DNA of 64,000 bases from an uncultured Spirochaetota bacterium (GTDB taxonomy: Bacteria; Spirochaetota; Spirochaetia; SZUA-6; Fen-1364): the NCBI GenBank assembly GCA_963734545.1, contig CAVTHO010000005.1:672001-736000 (forward strand), read 5' to 3'. This document shows positions 9,218-18,057 of this stretch, piece by piece. The notes beneath the pieces were generated by a model, which was not told where the DNA came from, did not search any database, and was given only the letters and a program-made list of their open reading frames with translations. Position 1 is the stretch's first letter; each line of letters begins with the position of its first letter. Made by a program: the position numbers and the translations under genes.

Positions 9218-9769
9218 TCATCCGAGGAATACCTGTCCCGCGTTGTCGATGGCGAGGATCGTCTTGCACTCCGAACAGCGGAACCGTCCCGGCTTGGAGG
9301 CTTTCAGCTTCTTGCTGCAGATGGGGCATTTGAATATGCGGGGGAAAGTGGCGCCCTTTCCTTCTTCCCCGCGCGCGGCGAAGAAGGAGACCGCCTCGTC
9401 GAGGTTCTCCTTGATGTTGAAGAACTGGGAGAACCCGAGGAGCTGGAAGACTTCGTAGACCTTGGGCTGGATCTCGAGAAGCACCAGGTCGCCTCCGCGG
9501 GGTTTGACGGCCTTGAGAAACGCGGTAAAGGAGCCGATGCCCGTACTGGAGACATAGTTCAGGCCGCTGCAGTGGAAGATCAACTTGATGAAGGAGGCCT
9601 CTATCGCCTTGGCCACGCGCTTCTGAAAGTAGTTGGAATTGTAGGTATCTATGTACCCGGTGAGATAGAGCACGAGGCACCCGTCCGTGTCCTCGATCTT
9701 CTGGAGGCGTATTTTGAGGCTGTCGTCCTTTTCGTCGTCGAACCCTGGTACAATCTCGTTGTTACTCAT
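9218..9769 (-). CDS. Anti-sigma factor antagonist (STAS) with C-terminal Zn ribbon
   Basis: GYIDTYNS, LNYVSSTGIG (phosphorylatable Ser), CPIC...CSEC. Confidence 0.9.
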   Translation of the reverse strand: MSNNEIVPGFDDEKDDSLKIRLQKIEDTDGCLVLYLTGYIDTYNSNYFQKRVAKAIEASFIKLIFHCSGLNYVSSTGIGSFTAFLKAVKPRGGDLVLLEIQPKVYEVFQLLGFSQFFNIKENLDEAVSFFAARGEEGKGATFPRIFKCPICSKKLKASKPGRFRCSECKTILAIDNAGQVFLG

Positions 9770-9809
9770 GGCGCCCCTTTGCCTGCAATAATTCCATTTG
9801 GCCCATTAT

Positions 9810-9905
9810 AGTATAGTCCTCACGGGCATACGCCGCAAGGGCTCCAACGGACGAAATCCCCTGGTGATAATGAGTTATTGTACGGGTTTTCGTTTTTTTT
9901 GTCAA
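9810..9905 (-). promoter_or_regulatory. Tandem sigma70-type promoters for the STAS-pspA operon
   Basis: TTGACA(9905-9900)-N17-TACAAT(9882-9877) and TTGCGG(9838-9833)-N17-TATACT(9815-9810). Confidence 0.6.
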
Positions 9906-9942
9906 ATATGACCGGCACCGGCGCGTCTCCCCGTATCGCCGC

Positions 9943-10599
9943 CTATCTGTTCGGGTCCCATTGCACGGACACGCTTCCCGTATTGTAGGAGGAGGTCCCC
10001 ACCCCGCTCGAAGGGCCCAGGGGGAGACGGAACTCCCCCCGATAGTGCGCGCCCAGGAGCCATTCCCCGAGCCGGCTGGTGAACCCTGCCGTCACGACAT
10101 ACGCCTGCAGGGAGTCCTGCGTATTGTCGGCCAGCTCCCAGCGGCCGGAGGTCCCCGCTTCCAGGGTCGTGCCCTTCACAACGGAAAACGCGGCTGATGT
10201 GCCGGCCTTCAGGGAGAGGGTATCCTTCGGCAGGCCCTGCGAATCGAGCTCGGGAAAGCTCTTGCCCTTCAGCCCCAGGAGATAGCCCAGCTTCCATTCC
10301 TCTCCAAGGCGAAAAGTCCCGTCCTGCTCGAGGGCGAGATACGAATAGTCTCCCGCCTGCTGGTAGTAGTCCTTCATTGAGCCGCGAAGCGTGAGGCCGA
10401 AAGACGCCGACTCGACATCCTCCTTCACGCGCAGGCTCACGGTATTGCGGAGGGAAGATGGCTGGAGGGTCTCGTCGTCAGGGTCCTCGATCGCGCCCTC
10501 CGCCGCCTCGTACCTCAGGGTGAAGACGGGAAGCTTCCAATCCAGGGCCCAGGCAGGCAGGCAGGAGAGCAGCAGCAGGAGGAACATACTTTTTTTCAT
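9943..10599 (-). CDS. Exported beta-strand-rich hypothetical protein (possible outer-membrane barrel)
   Basis: Signal peptide MKKSMFLLLLLSCLPAWA; amphipathic beta-strands ending VSVQW. Confidence 0.65.
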   Translation of the reverse strand: MKKSMFLLLLLSCLPAWALDWKLPVFTLRYEAAEGAIEDPDDETLQPSSLRNTVSLRVKEDVESASFGLTLRGSMKDYYQQAGDYSYLALEQDGTFRLGEEWKLGYLLGLKGKSFPELDSQGLPKDTLSLKAGTSAAFSVVKGTTLEAGTSGRWELADNTQDSLQAYVVTAGFTSRLGEWLLGAHYRGEFRLPLGPSSGVGTSSYNTGSVSVQWDPNR

Positions 10600-10658
10600 A
10601 CGTGCGACCTTGGACGCAGTTCATTATCGGATGTCTTCCGCGGCGGGACAAGCTGCGC

Positions 10659-11390
10659 TTATTTTCCGGCGGAACGACCGAGGTATGCTTCCTGGATGCG
10701 CGGATCGGATTTCAGCATCTCTGAAGATCCTTCGACCGCGATCCTGCCGATTTCCAGAACGTACCCCCTGCTGGCCAGCTCCAGCGCCTGCCGTGCATTC
10801 TGCTCCACCAGGAGAATCGCCACGCCCTGGCGGTTGATTTCCAGGATGATATCGAAGATAAGGTGCACGAGAATGGGAGCGAGACCCAGGGAGGGCTCGT
10901 CCAGGAGAAGGATCCGGGGAGTGCTCATGAGCGACCTCCCGATGGCGAGCATCTGCTGCTCTCCGCCGGACAAAGTGCCGGCAAGCTGCCGCCGGCGCTC
11001 CTTGAGAATCGGGAACAACGCGAACACCCGCTCGCGCGCTTTCACGACCTCCCGCCTCTCATTGCGCCGTACGAAAGCGCCGAGGGTCAGGTTCTCCTCG
11101 ACGGTGAGGGTTGCGAACACCCGTCGCCCTTCCGGGGCGTGGGAGATGCCCCTTCGCACGATGTCATAGGCGGGGACGCGGTGCAGCGGGGCGCCCTGAA
11201 AACGCACCTCTCCGCTCTGTGCCGGGAGAAGCCCGGAGATGGCGCGCAGGAGCGTGCTCTTGCCGGCGCCGTTGGCCCCCAGGACCGTGACGATCTCGCC
11301 TTCCTCCATCGAGAGGCTCACGTCCTTGAGAGCAACCCGCGCCCCGTAGCGGATGCGGAGGTCCCTCACCTGCAGCAGCGGCACGCTCAT
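10659..11390 (-). CDS. livF: Branched-chain amino acid ABC transporter ATPase
   Basis: GANGAGKS, PEGRRVF, LSGGEQQM, LLDEPSLGLAP. Confidence 0.95.
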   Translation of the reverse strand: MSVPLLQVRDLRIRYGARVALKDVSLSMEEGEIVTVLGANGAGKSTLLRAISGLLPAQSGEVRFQGAPLHRVPAYDIVRRGISHAPEGRRVFATLTVEENLTLGAFVRRNERREVVKARERVFALFPILKERRRQLAGTLSGGEQQMLAIGRSLMSTPRILLLDEPSLGLAPILVHLIFDIILEINRQGVAILLVEQNARQALELASRGYVLEIGRIAVEGSSEMLKSDPRIQEAYLGRSAGK

Positions 11391-12208
11391 GATCTCCCGC
11401 CCAGGTAGGCTTCAATGACTTTCGGGTCATGATAGATATGCGCGGGAGGGCCCTCTGAGATCTTCTCCCCCCCGTCCATGACGGTGACCCAGTCGGAAAT
11501 GCCCATGACGACATTCATGTCGTGCTCGATCAGGAGAACGGTGAGCTGCTCGCTGCGTATGATGGCGCGAATGAACTCCATGAGGTCTTCCGTCTCCCGT
11601 GGATTGAGACCGCTGGAGGGCTCGTCCAGAACCAGGAGACGCGGGGAGGTTGCAAGGGCGCGCGCGATTTCCAGCATCCGCTGCCGGCCATAGGGGATGT
11701 TGCGCGCAAGCTCGTTGCGGGATTCCCAGAGCCCCACCAGCCGCAGCCTTTCCTCCGCGTGCTCCTGGATTTCACGCTCCTCCTTGCGCTGCGCTCTTGT
11801 GCGGAACAGGGACGCGGCCACTCCCGAGAAGGTGCGGCAGTGCTGCCCGGCCATGACGTTTTCCAGGCAGGACATGTTCGAGAACAGGCGGAGGTTCTGG
11901 AACGTGCGGGCGATCCCCTTCTCCACGATCAGGTGGGGCGGCCGGCCGGTGATCTCCTTTCCTTCGAAATAGACGGTCCCGCGCTCCGGCCGATAGATGC
12001 CCGTCACCACGTTGAACACGGTGGTCTTGCCCGCGCCGTTGGGCCCGATCAGGCTCGCGATCTCTCCCCTGTGCACGCGCATGTCCAGGGACTCCACCGC
12101 GGCAAGCCCGCCGAAGCTCTTTGTCAGCCCCGCCGTCTCGAGCACGATCGCGCCGTCCCTCGAGAATGTGCCCTTCGCCGCTGGATCGCGGGCCTGCCGG
12201 CTACCCAT
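11387..12208 (-). CDS. livG: Branched-chain amino acid ABC transporter ATPase
   Basis: GPNGAGKTT, IARTFQN, LDEP, IEHDM, VIEAYLG. Confidence 0.95.
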   Translation of the reverse strand: MGSRQARDPAAKGTFSRDGAIVLETAGLTKSFGGLAAVESLDMRVHRGEIASLIGPNGAGKTTVFNVVTGIYRPERGTVYFEGKEITGRPPHLIVEKGIARTFQNLRLFSNMSCLENVMAGQHCRTFSGVAASLFRTRAQRKEEREIQEHAEERLRLVGLWESRNELARNIPYGRQRMLEIARALATSPRLLVLDEPSSGLNPRETEDLMEFIRAIIRSEQLTVLLIEHDMNVVMGISDWVTVMDGGEKISEGPPAHIYHDPKVIEAYLGGRS

Positions 12209-13181
12209 CCCGCCTCCACAGCTTCCGCAGCAGCTCGCGACCTTCCATTCCGCCGCGGCGGCGGGGCCAGAGGCCGCCGGGCCTCACCATCATCATGAGG
12301 ATCATGGCGACTCCGAAGACGACCATGCGATAGTTGGCGAACGAGCGAAAGATTTCCGGGAAGAGGCTGACCGCCGCCGCGCCGATGATCACGCCCGGCA
12401 CCGATCCCATGCCGCCGATCAGCACGATGCTGAACATCAGGCACGACTCCCAGAAGCTGAAGCTCTCCGGGGACACGATGAGGAGCTTGCTCGCGTAGAG
12501 GTTTCCCGCGATCCCGGCCAGGGCCGCGCCCAGCACAAAGGCGAGGAGCTTGTACGCGCGTACGTTGATTCCGGCGGCCTGCGCGGCCACCTCGTCCTCC
12601 CGGATGCAGTTCCACGCCCTGCCGATTCGCGAGCGCTGCAGCCGAAGCAGGCCGAAGACGCTCACGCCGACCACGATCCAGACCAGGAAATAGTAGCCGA
12701 GGGAGCTGTCGATGGTCAGAAATCCGAGTGAAGGGGATTGGATCCCGCTCACACCGTTGGGACCCCCGGTCAGCCCGAAGGGGTTGTTGATCAGGGCGAG
12801 ACGCACGATCTCCCCCATGCCGATGGTGACGATGCAGAGGTAGTCTCCCCGCAGGTGGATGATGGGGAATGTCACCAGGTAGGCGAAGAGGCCGGCGGCC
12901 ACGGCGCTGATGGGAAGCAGGACGAGTATCGGGATGCCGAAATGGGTGTTGAGGATGGCCGTGGTGTAGGCGCCGATGGCATAGAAGCCGGCATGCCCGA
13001 GGTCGTACAGGCCCGCCTCCCCCAGGACGATGTTCAGGCTCAGGCCGAGAAGAACATAGATGCCGAAGAAGAAACCCACGTCGATGAGATAGCCCGCCGT
13101 CATGAGCGGGTAGGCGGCGAAGGCGGCGATCACGAGCGGAATCGCCGCGCGGCGGAGGACGGGGGTGAGCGTGCCGGCCAT
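12201..13181 (-). CDS. livM: Branched-chain amino acid ABC transporter permease
   Basis: LRGDYL.IVT, TGGPNG, IREDEVAA...GIN, GGMGS. Confidence 0.95.
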   Translation of the reverse strand: MAGTLTPVLRRAAIPLVIAAFAAYPLMTAGYLIDVGFFFGIYVLLGLSLNIVLGEAGLYDLGHAGFYAIGAYTTAILNTHFGIPILVLLPISAVAAGLFAYLVTFPIIHLRGDYLCIVTIGMGEIVRLALINNPFGLTGGPNGVSGIQSPSLGFLTIDSSLGYYFLVWIVVGVSVFGLLRLQRSRIGRAWNCIREDEVAAQAAGINVRAYKLLAFVLGAALAGIAGNLYASKLLIVSPESFSFWESCLMFSIVLIGGMGSVPGVIIGAAAVSLFPEIFRSFANYRMVVFGVAMILMMMVRPGGLWPRRRGGMEGRELLRKLWRRDG

Positions 13182-13183
13182 TC

Positions 13184-14095
13184 TCAGACCTTTTCCGCTA
13201 TCTTCTCACCGAAAAGGCCGTTGGGGCGGAAGATCAGAACGAGGATCAGGATGAGAAAGACGAACACGTCCTTCCAGGCCGTGGAGATATAGGCGCTGCC
13301 GAACATTTCCAGCACCCCGAGGATCAGGCCGCCGAACATCGCCCCGGGAAGATTTCCGATCCCGCCCAGGATCGTGGCGGTGAAGGCCTTCAAACCGTAG
13401 TTCCAGCCCATGGTGAAGCTGATCTGACGGTAGTACACGCCGACCATCACGCCGGTCAGCGCGCCGAGGGCGGGACCCAGGATGAAGATGAACCGGATCA
13501 CCTTGTTGAAGTTGATGCCCATCAAGGCTGCCGTGTCGCGGTCCAGGGCCGTCGCGCGGATCGCGGCCCCCCACGTGGTTTTCTGGATCACGAAGTACAG
13601 CACGGTCATGAGAAGGAAGGAGACCGCGAGGATCAGGATCTGCAGCGCGGTCAGGCTGATGCCTCCGATCACGATGTGCATGTTGGGTATCAGCTTCGCA
13701 GGATACGCCTGGTAGCGCGGTCCCCATACGATCATGATGAGGTTCTGCAAGACAAGAGACGCACCGAGCGCGGAGACCACGGCGGGCAGCCGGCCCGCCG
13801 GATAGATGGGCCGGTAGGCCACCCGCTCGACCAGGACGCCCACCAGGGCGAGACAGAGGGCGGCGGCGATCATGGCGACCGCCAGCCCGCCCCACAAGCC
13901 CAGGTGGGTCGTCACGAAAGCCGCCCCGAGCACCAGCAGGGTGTAGCCGAGGTACGAGCCCAGGGTGAAGAAGTCCCCGTGGGCGAAGTTGATCAGCTTC
14001 AGCACGCCGTAGACCATGGAGTAGCCCAGCGCGATCAGCCCGTAGAACGAGCCGATGGTGAGACCGTTGATCAACTGCTCGAGAAACACCCGCAT
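13184..14095 (-). CDS. livH: Branched-chain amino acid ABC transporter permease
   Basis: QLINGL..GS.Y.LIALGYSMVYG...INFAHG, GLKAF...LGGIG. Confidence 0.95.
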   Translation of the reverse strand: MRVFLEQLINGLTIGSFYGLIALGYSMVYGVLKLINFAHGDFFTLGSYLGYTLLVLGAAFVTTHLGLWGGLAVAMIAAALCLALVGVLVERVAYRPIYPAGRLPAVVSALGASLVLQNLIMIVWGPRYQAYPAKLIPNMHIVIGGISLTALQILILAVSFLLMTVLYFVIQKTTWGAAIRATALDRDTAALMGINFNKVIRFIFILGPALGALTGVMVGVYYRQISFTMGWNYGLKAFTATILGGIGNLPGAMFGGLILGVLEMFGSAYISTAWKDVFVFLILILVLIFRPNGLFGEKIAEKV

Positions 14096-14104
14096 CGTGT
14101 CCGG

Positions 14105-15257
14105 CTACTTGGAGATGACGATATTCCCCTGGTCGTCCACCACGTAGAGGAAGAAAGGCACCCCTTCGCGATCACCCTTGTCGGTGAATCCGATCTTGCC
14201 GGTGATCCCCGGGACTCCGTTCACCTTGTTGCGCAGGTAGTCGGCAAGCACGGTCCCGTCCGAGGCGCCGGACGCGTTCAGGGCATACGCGATGATGTTG
14301 ACAGCGTCTGCCGCGTAGACAGGCCACGGGCTGGAGGGGATCTCTCCGAACTTGTCCTTGTAGGCCTTGAGGAACTCGGCCGCCTCGCTGGTGGGAAGGT
14401 CTGCCGGGCAGGGGCTCGTTCGTCATGTAGCAGCCCTTGGCCATGTCGAGACCCGCAATCTTGACGAACTCGTCGTTGATCGCAGCATTTCCGCCCACGA
14501 ACGGGCAGGTGATCCCGATCTCCCGCGCCTGCGTGACAAGGAGCGCCGCCTCGGCATAGTAGCCGGTGTAGTACCACACATCGGGCTTGGCTTCCCGCAT
14601 CTTGGTGAGGGGAACGTGGAAATCTTTCTCCCCGGGGGTGATGGCATCGTAGTACACGATCTGCACCTTGCCCGCGTCCACCATCGGCTTCAGCGCGTCG
14701 CGCGCGTTTTCCGCCAGACCTTTTCCGAACGCGGTGTTGTCGTGCATGATCGCGATCCGCTTGGCGCCGAACTTCTGCGGGACGAAGCCTGGGCAAAGAA
14801 CTTGCCCCTGGTTGTCGTCCCGACCGCACGTGCGGAAGAAGTACTTCAGGCCATGCTCGGTGAGCCGCACCGCCGTGGAGCCGTAGGCGATGTTCACCAT
14901 CTTGCCCTTCTCGTAGATGTTCGAAGCCGGCTCGCTGATGGAGGAGCCGTACGTGGAAACCGAGGCCACGACGCCCTTGCGGCCCACGATCTTCGTGGCG
15001 GCCAGGGCGCCCGTCCGGGGCTGGCCGGCGTCGTCTTCCACGACGATCTGGATCTGCCGCCCGCCCAGGATCCCGCCTTTCTGGTTGATCAGCGCGGCCG
15101 CGATCTCGCAGGACTGCTTGGCCATCTGCCCCTCATAGGCCCAGGGTCCCGTGATGGGGCCCTGCAGGCCGATCAGGATCGGGCCCTTGTCAGCGGCGAA
15201 CCCCGCCAGGGCGCTCATCAGGATGAGAAGAATCGACACGAGTGCCATTCGCTTCAT
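14105..15257 (-). CDS. livK: Branched-chain amino acid ABC substrate-binding protein; apparent frameshift near 14400
   Basis: Signal peptide, GPITGPWA, INQKGGILG, FFRTCGRDD. C-terminus continues in another frame (GITGKIGFTDKGDR...VISK*) to TAG at 14105. Confidence 0.9.
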
Positions 15258-15298
15258 TCGTTTCCTCCTCTTTGAGACTTTCGCTGAGATGATAGATC

Positions 15299-15328
15299 GT
15301 TATATTCGCGCGGCAAGCCCGGTGTCAA
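15299..15328 (-). promoter_or_regulatory. Sigma70-type promoter of the liv operon
   Basis: TTGACA-N18-TATAAC; GAGGAGG RBS before livK. Confidence 0.55.
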
Positions 15329-15338
15329 GAAAGAAAGC

Positions 15339-15438
15339 GCGCCGCCGTAGTCGGCGGATTCAGGGCGCCGCCGTAGTCGGCGGATTCAGGGCGCCGCCGT
15401 AGTCGGCGGATTCGGGCGCCGCCGTAGTCGGCGGATTC
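15339..15438. repeat. Four head-to-tail copies of a 26-bp palindromic unit
   Basis: GCGCCGCCGTAGTCGGCGGATTCAGG at 15339, 15365, 15391 (25 bp), 15416 (partial); each contains CCGCCG-TAGT-CGGCGG. Confidence 0.95.
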
Positions 15439-15465
15439 TAGTCGCGGAGCTACTCTGGGGAGCAT

Positions 15466-16263
15466 ATGAGCGAGCAGCGAATGCCGTGGAATACCACGGC
15501 CGCCATGGATGTGAGGATCGTGCTGGTGAGACCGCGGGATCCCCGGAATGTCGGGGCGGCGTGCCGGGCAATGAAGTGCATGGGATTCACCTCCCTGGCA
15601 ATCGTCATGGATGAGCCGATCGATCCGAGGCAGGCGCGGACCGTGTCGCATTACGCCTCGGACGTGCTGGAGGGCGCCCTGATCTGCACCGACCCCCGGG
15701 ACGTCATCCAGGACGCGGTGCTCGTGGCCGGGACGACGCGCCGGCGGGGAAGGAGCAGGAAGTATTTCACCCTCTTTCCTGAACAGCTGGGCCGGCGTGT
15801 CGCCTCTATAGGGAAGGGAACCGTGGCCGTGCTGTTCGGAAACGAGGAAACGGGACTGACCGATGACGAGCTCGCCCTGTGCCACGTGGCGGTCACCATT
15901 CCCGCCTCTCCGGACTTTCCCTCGCTCAATCTCTCCCATGCCGTGCAGGTGATCTGCTACGAGATCTTCCGCGCGCAGAGCGCCGACCACCTGACGCCGT
16001 TTTCCCCGATAAGCGCCCAGGCAGTGGACGATCTGGTGTCGGTGGTCACCGGGTCTCTCTCGAAGATCGGATTTTTCACGATTGTGGGACCGGAACAGAT
16101 GGGTATCTTCTTCAAGGACATCCTGGGACGGGCGAGTCTCTCCGTGAGCGAGGCACGACGGCTGGGAGTCGTCTTCCGCAAGATCGCCGGGCTCGCGACG
16201 AAGAAGCAGCACGCCCCGCGCGCGCCGGCGAGGGGAATTGACCCGGGAGCGGATCCTCCATAG
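15466..16263 (+). CDS. trmJ: TrmJ/LasT family SPOUT tRNA 2'-O-methyltransferase
   Basis: IVLVRP..PRNVGA..RAMK, LFGNEETGLT, SLNLSHAV. Confidence 0.9.
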   Translation: MSEQRMPWNTTAAMDVRIVLVRPRDPRNVGAACRAMKCMGFTSLAIVMDEPIDPRQARTVSHYASDVLEGALICTDPRDVIQDAVLVAGTTRRRGRSRKYFTLFPEQLGRRVASIGKGTVAVLFGNEETGLTDDELALCHVAVTIPASPDFPSLNLSHAVQVICYEIFRAQSADHLTPFSPISAQAVDDLVSVVTGSLSKIGFFTIVGPEQMGIFFKDILGRASLSVSEARRLGVVFRKIAGLATKKQHAPRAPARGIDPGADPP

Positions 16264-16285
16264 TATGGGCGCAAGGAGTCGTTCG

Positions 16286-16768
16286 ATGCGCAGATCTGTT
16301 CCGCTCCTGGCGTGCGTGATCCTCCTTCTGGGCGCCGTCGTTCTCCCCGCCCTTTCACGAGGGGACTTCGACAGGGTCGTGGACTTCTCCGTCACTTTGA
16401 AGACGCTCGCCGCGGCCGCGGACGGGAAGGCGCCCCTCCCCACCGGCAGGATGCTGCTGCTCTCCGGCACCGTCTCCGACGTCAACATTCTCAACAAGGA
16501 CGAACAGGGCTTCAAAGTCAGGATCGAGCTGATCACCGGCGAGTGGATCGGTCTCGAAGACGTGAAGGCGTATGCGTGCTATGTCGAGTTCAGCGGCCGC
16601 GAGTTCTTCAAGGTCTTCCCCGCGCGGGCGCCGCGCACGGCCACTCCGGATGTGATCACACTCAACTCGCGGGTCGTCGTCGTCTGCAGCGCGCTGGATA
16701 TCGTGAATACCCCCCAGGGGGAGAAGCACGTGCGCGCCGCGGGCGCCTACATCAGGGCCATCGAGTAG
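16286..16768 (+). CDS. Exported hypothetical protein (possible OB-fold)
   Basis: AAGGAG RBS, N-terminal hydrophobic segment, beta-rich body with coding-like codon usage. Confidence 0.7.
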   Translation: MRRSVPLLACVILLLGAVVLPALSRGDFDRVVDFSVTLKTLAAAADGKAPLPTGRMLLLSGTVSDVNILNKDEQGFKVRIELITGEWIGLEDVKAYACYVEFSGREFFKVFPARAPRTATPDVITLNSRVVVVCSALDIVNTPQGEKHVRAAGAYIRAIE

Positions 16769-16776
16769 ACCGCCCC

Positions 16777-16792
16777 GCGGCCCCGGGGCCGC
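16777..16792. terminator. GC palindrome between convergent genes
   Basis: GCGGCCCCGGGGCCGC perfect palindrome. Confidence 0.4.
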
Positions 16793-16801
16793 CCCTGCCG
16801 T

Positions 16802-17929
16802 TCAGTCGAACGTCACGTCGCGCGCGCCGATTGTTCCCGTGTCCGCTGACAGCGCCGCCCTTTCCATCACGTTGCGAAGCTCGCGTATATTGCCCGGCCA
16901 GTCATGCGCGCAGAGTTTCTCCCGCGCTTCCACGGCAATGGCACCCGGTCTCTTCAGCAGCGAAAGAAAGTGCGCCGCGAGGATCGGGATGTCCTCCCTT
17001 CGCTCCCGCAGCGGGGGGACCCTGATGGGCAGGACGCCGAGCCGGTAAAAAAGGTCGGCGCGGAACCCGCCCTCTCCCGCGTGCCCCTTGAGCTCCCTGT
17101 TCGTCGCCGACACGACACGCACGTCCAGGGGGATTGCGCGGCTGCCGCCTACCCGTGTCAGCTCCTTCTGTTCGATGATCCGGAGAAGCCGGGTCTGCGC
17201 GGCCGGGGACATCTCTCCGATCTCGTCGAGAAAAAGCGTGCCGCCGTTGGCCTGCTCGAAGCTGCCCGGGCGGCATACCGCATCGGTGAATGCGCCCTTC
17301 TCCGCGCCGAACAGCTCGGTCTCCAGGAGCGTTTCGGGAAGCGCGCCGCAGTTGAGGGCGACGCAGGGTCCGCCCCGTCTGCGAGAGGTCTCGTGGATGG
17401 ACCTGGCCACGAGCTCCTTGCCCGTGCCGCTTTCACCCAGGATGAGAACCGGAGAATCCGACGGCGCATAGCGAAGGATGAGCTGCTTCACCTCGCGTAT
17501 GCACGCGCTCTCCCCGATGAGCGACTCCAGAAGCGCCTGGCCGGCGGCGGACGCCGCTGCCCGGCGCGCATCCGCCCCGCTCACGACGGTGCGGAGCGTG
17601 CCCAGGAGCTCCTTCAGCTCGTAGGGCTTGACGATGTAGTCGCATGCGCCCGCCAGTATCGCCTCCTTCACCAGCCGGGGGTCTGTCAGCGCGGTCAGCA
17701 TCACGACGGGCGGCGGCAGGGGCCGGGCCACGATTGCCTTGAGCGCCGCGATGCCGTCCAGATCGGGGAGGTTGATATCAAGGAGAACGACATCCGCTGA
17801 TTCATGCGCGGCGGCCTCGATTCCCTGCCGGGCCGTGTATGCCGAGATCAGCACATAGGGCTCGGGGAGCACCATGTCGAGCGTCCGGTGCGCCTGGGGA
17901 TCATCGTCGATGAAGAGGACTTTTACCAT
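16802..17929 (-). CDS. Sigma-54-dependent response regulator (REC + AAA+), no C-terminal HTH
   Basis: IDDD/LLDINLP/KP receiver; GESGTGKE, ELFG, GAFTDA, FLDEI, WPGNIREL; ends ARDVTFD*. Confidence 0.92.
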   Translation of the reverse strand: MVKVLFIDDDPQAHRTLDMVLPEPYVLISAYTARQGIEAAAHESADVVLLDINLPDLDGIAALKAIVARPLPPPVVMLTALTDPRLVKEAILAGACDYIVKPYELKELLGTLRTVVSGADARRAAASAAGQALLESLIGESACIREVKQLILRYAPSDSPVLILGESGTGKELVARSIHETSRRRGGPCVALNCGALPETLLETELFGAEKGAFTDAVCRPGSFEQANGGTLFLDEIGEMSPAAQTRLLRIIEQKELTRVGGSRAIPLDVRVVSATNRELKGHAGEGGFRADLFYRLGVLPIRVPPLRERREDIPILAAHFLSLLKRPGAIAVEAREKLCAHDWPGNIRELRNVMERAALSADTGTIGARDVTFD

Positions 17930-18057
17930 TTCAGATCAACTTTCTCGCTGGCGGCAATGTACAGGAGCAGGAGGGAATCTGCAAGATCAGGTTCACACGC
18001 TCGTGATCGAGGTGTGCGCGGGCGTCATGGTGGTGTTGTATTGCGGGAAGGCTGCCC

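Noticed and set aside
15339-15438. CRISPR array
   Set aside because: Repeats are directly adjacent with no unique spacers, no leader and no cas genes in the window.
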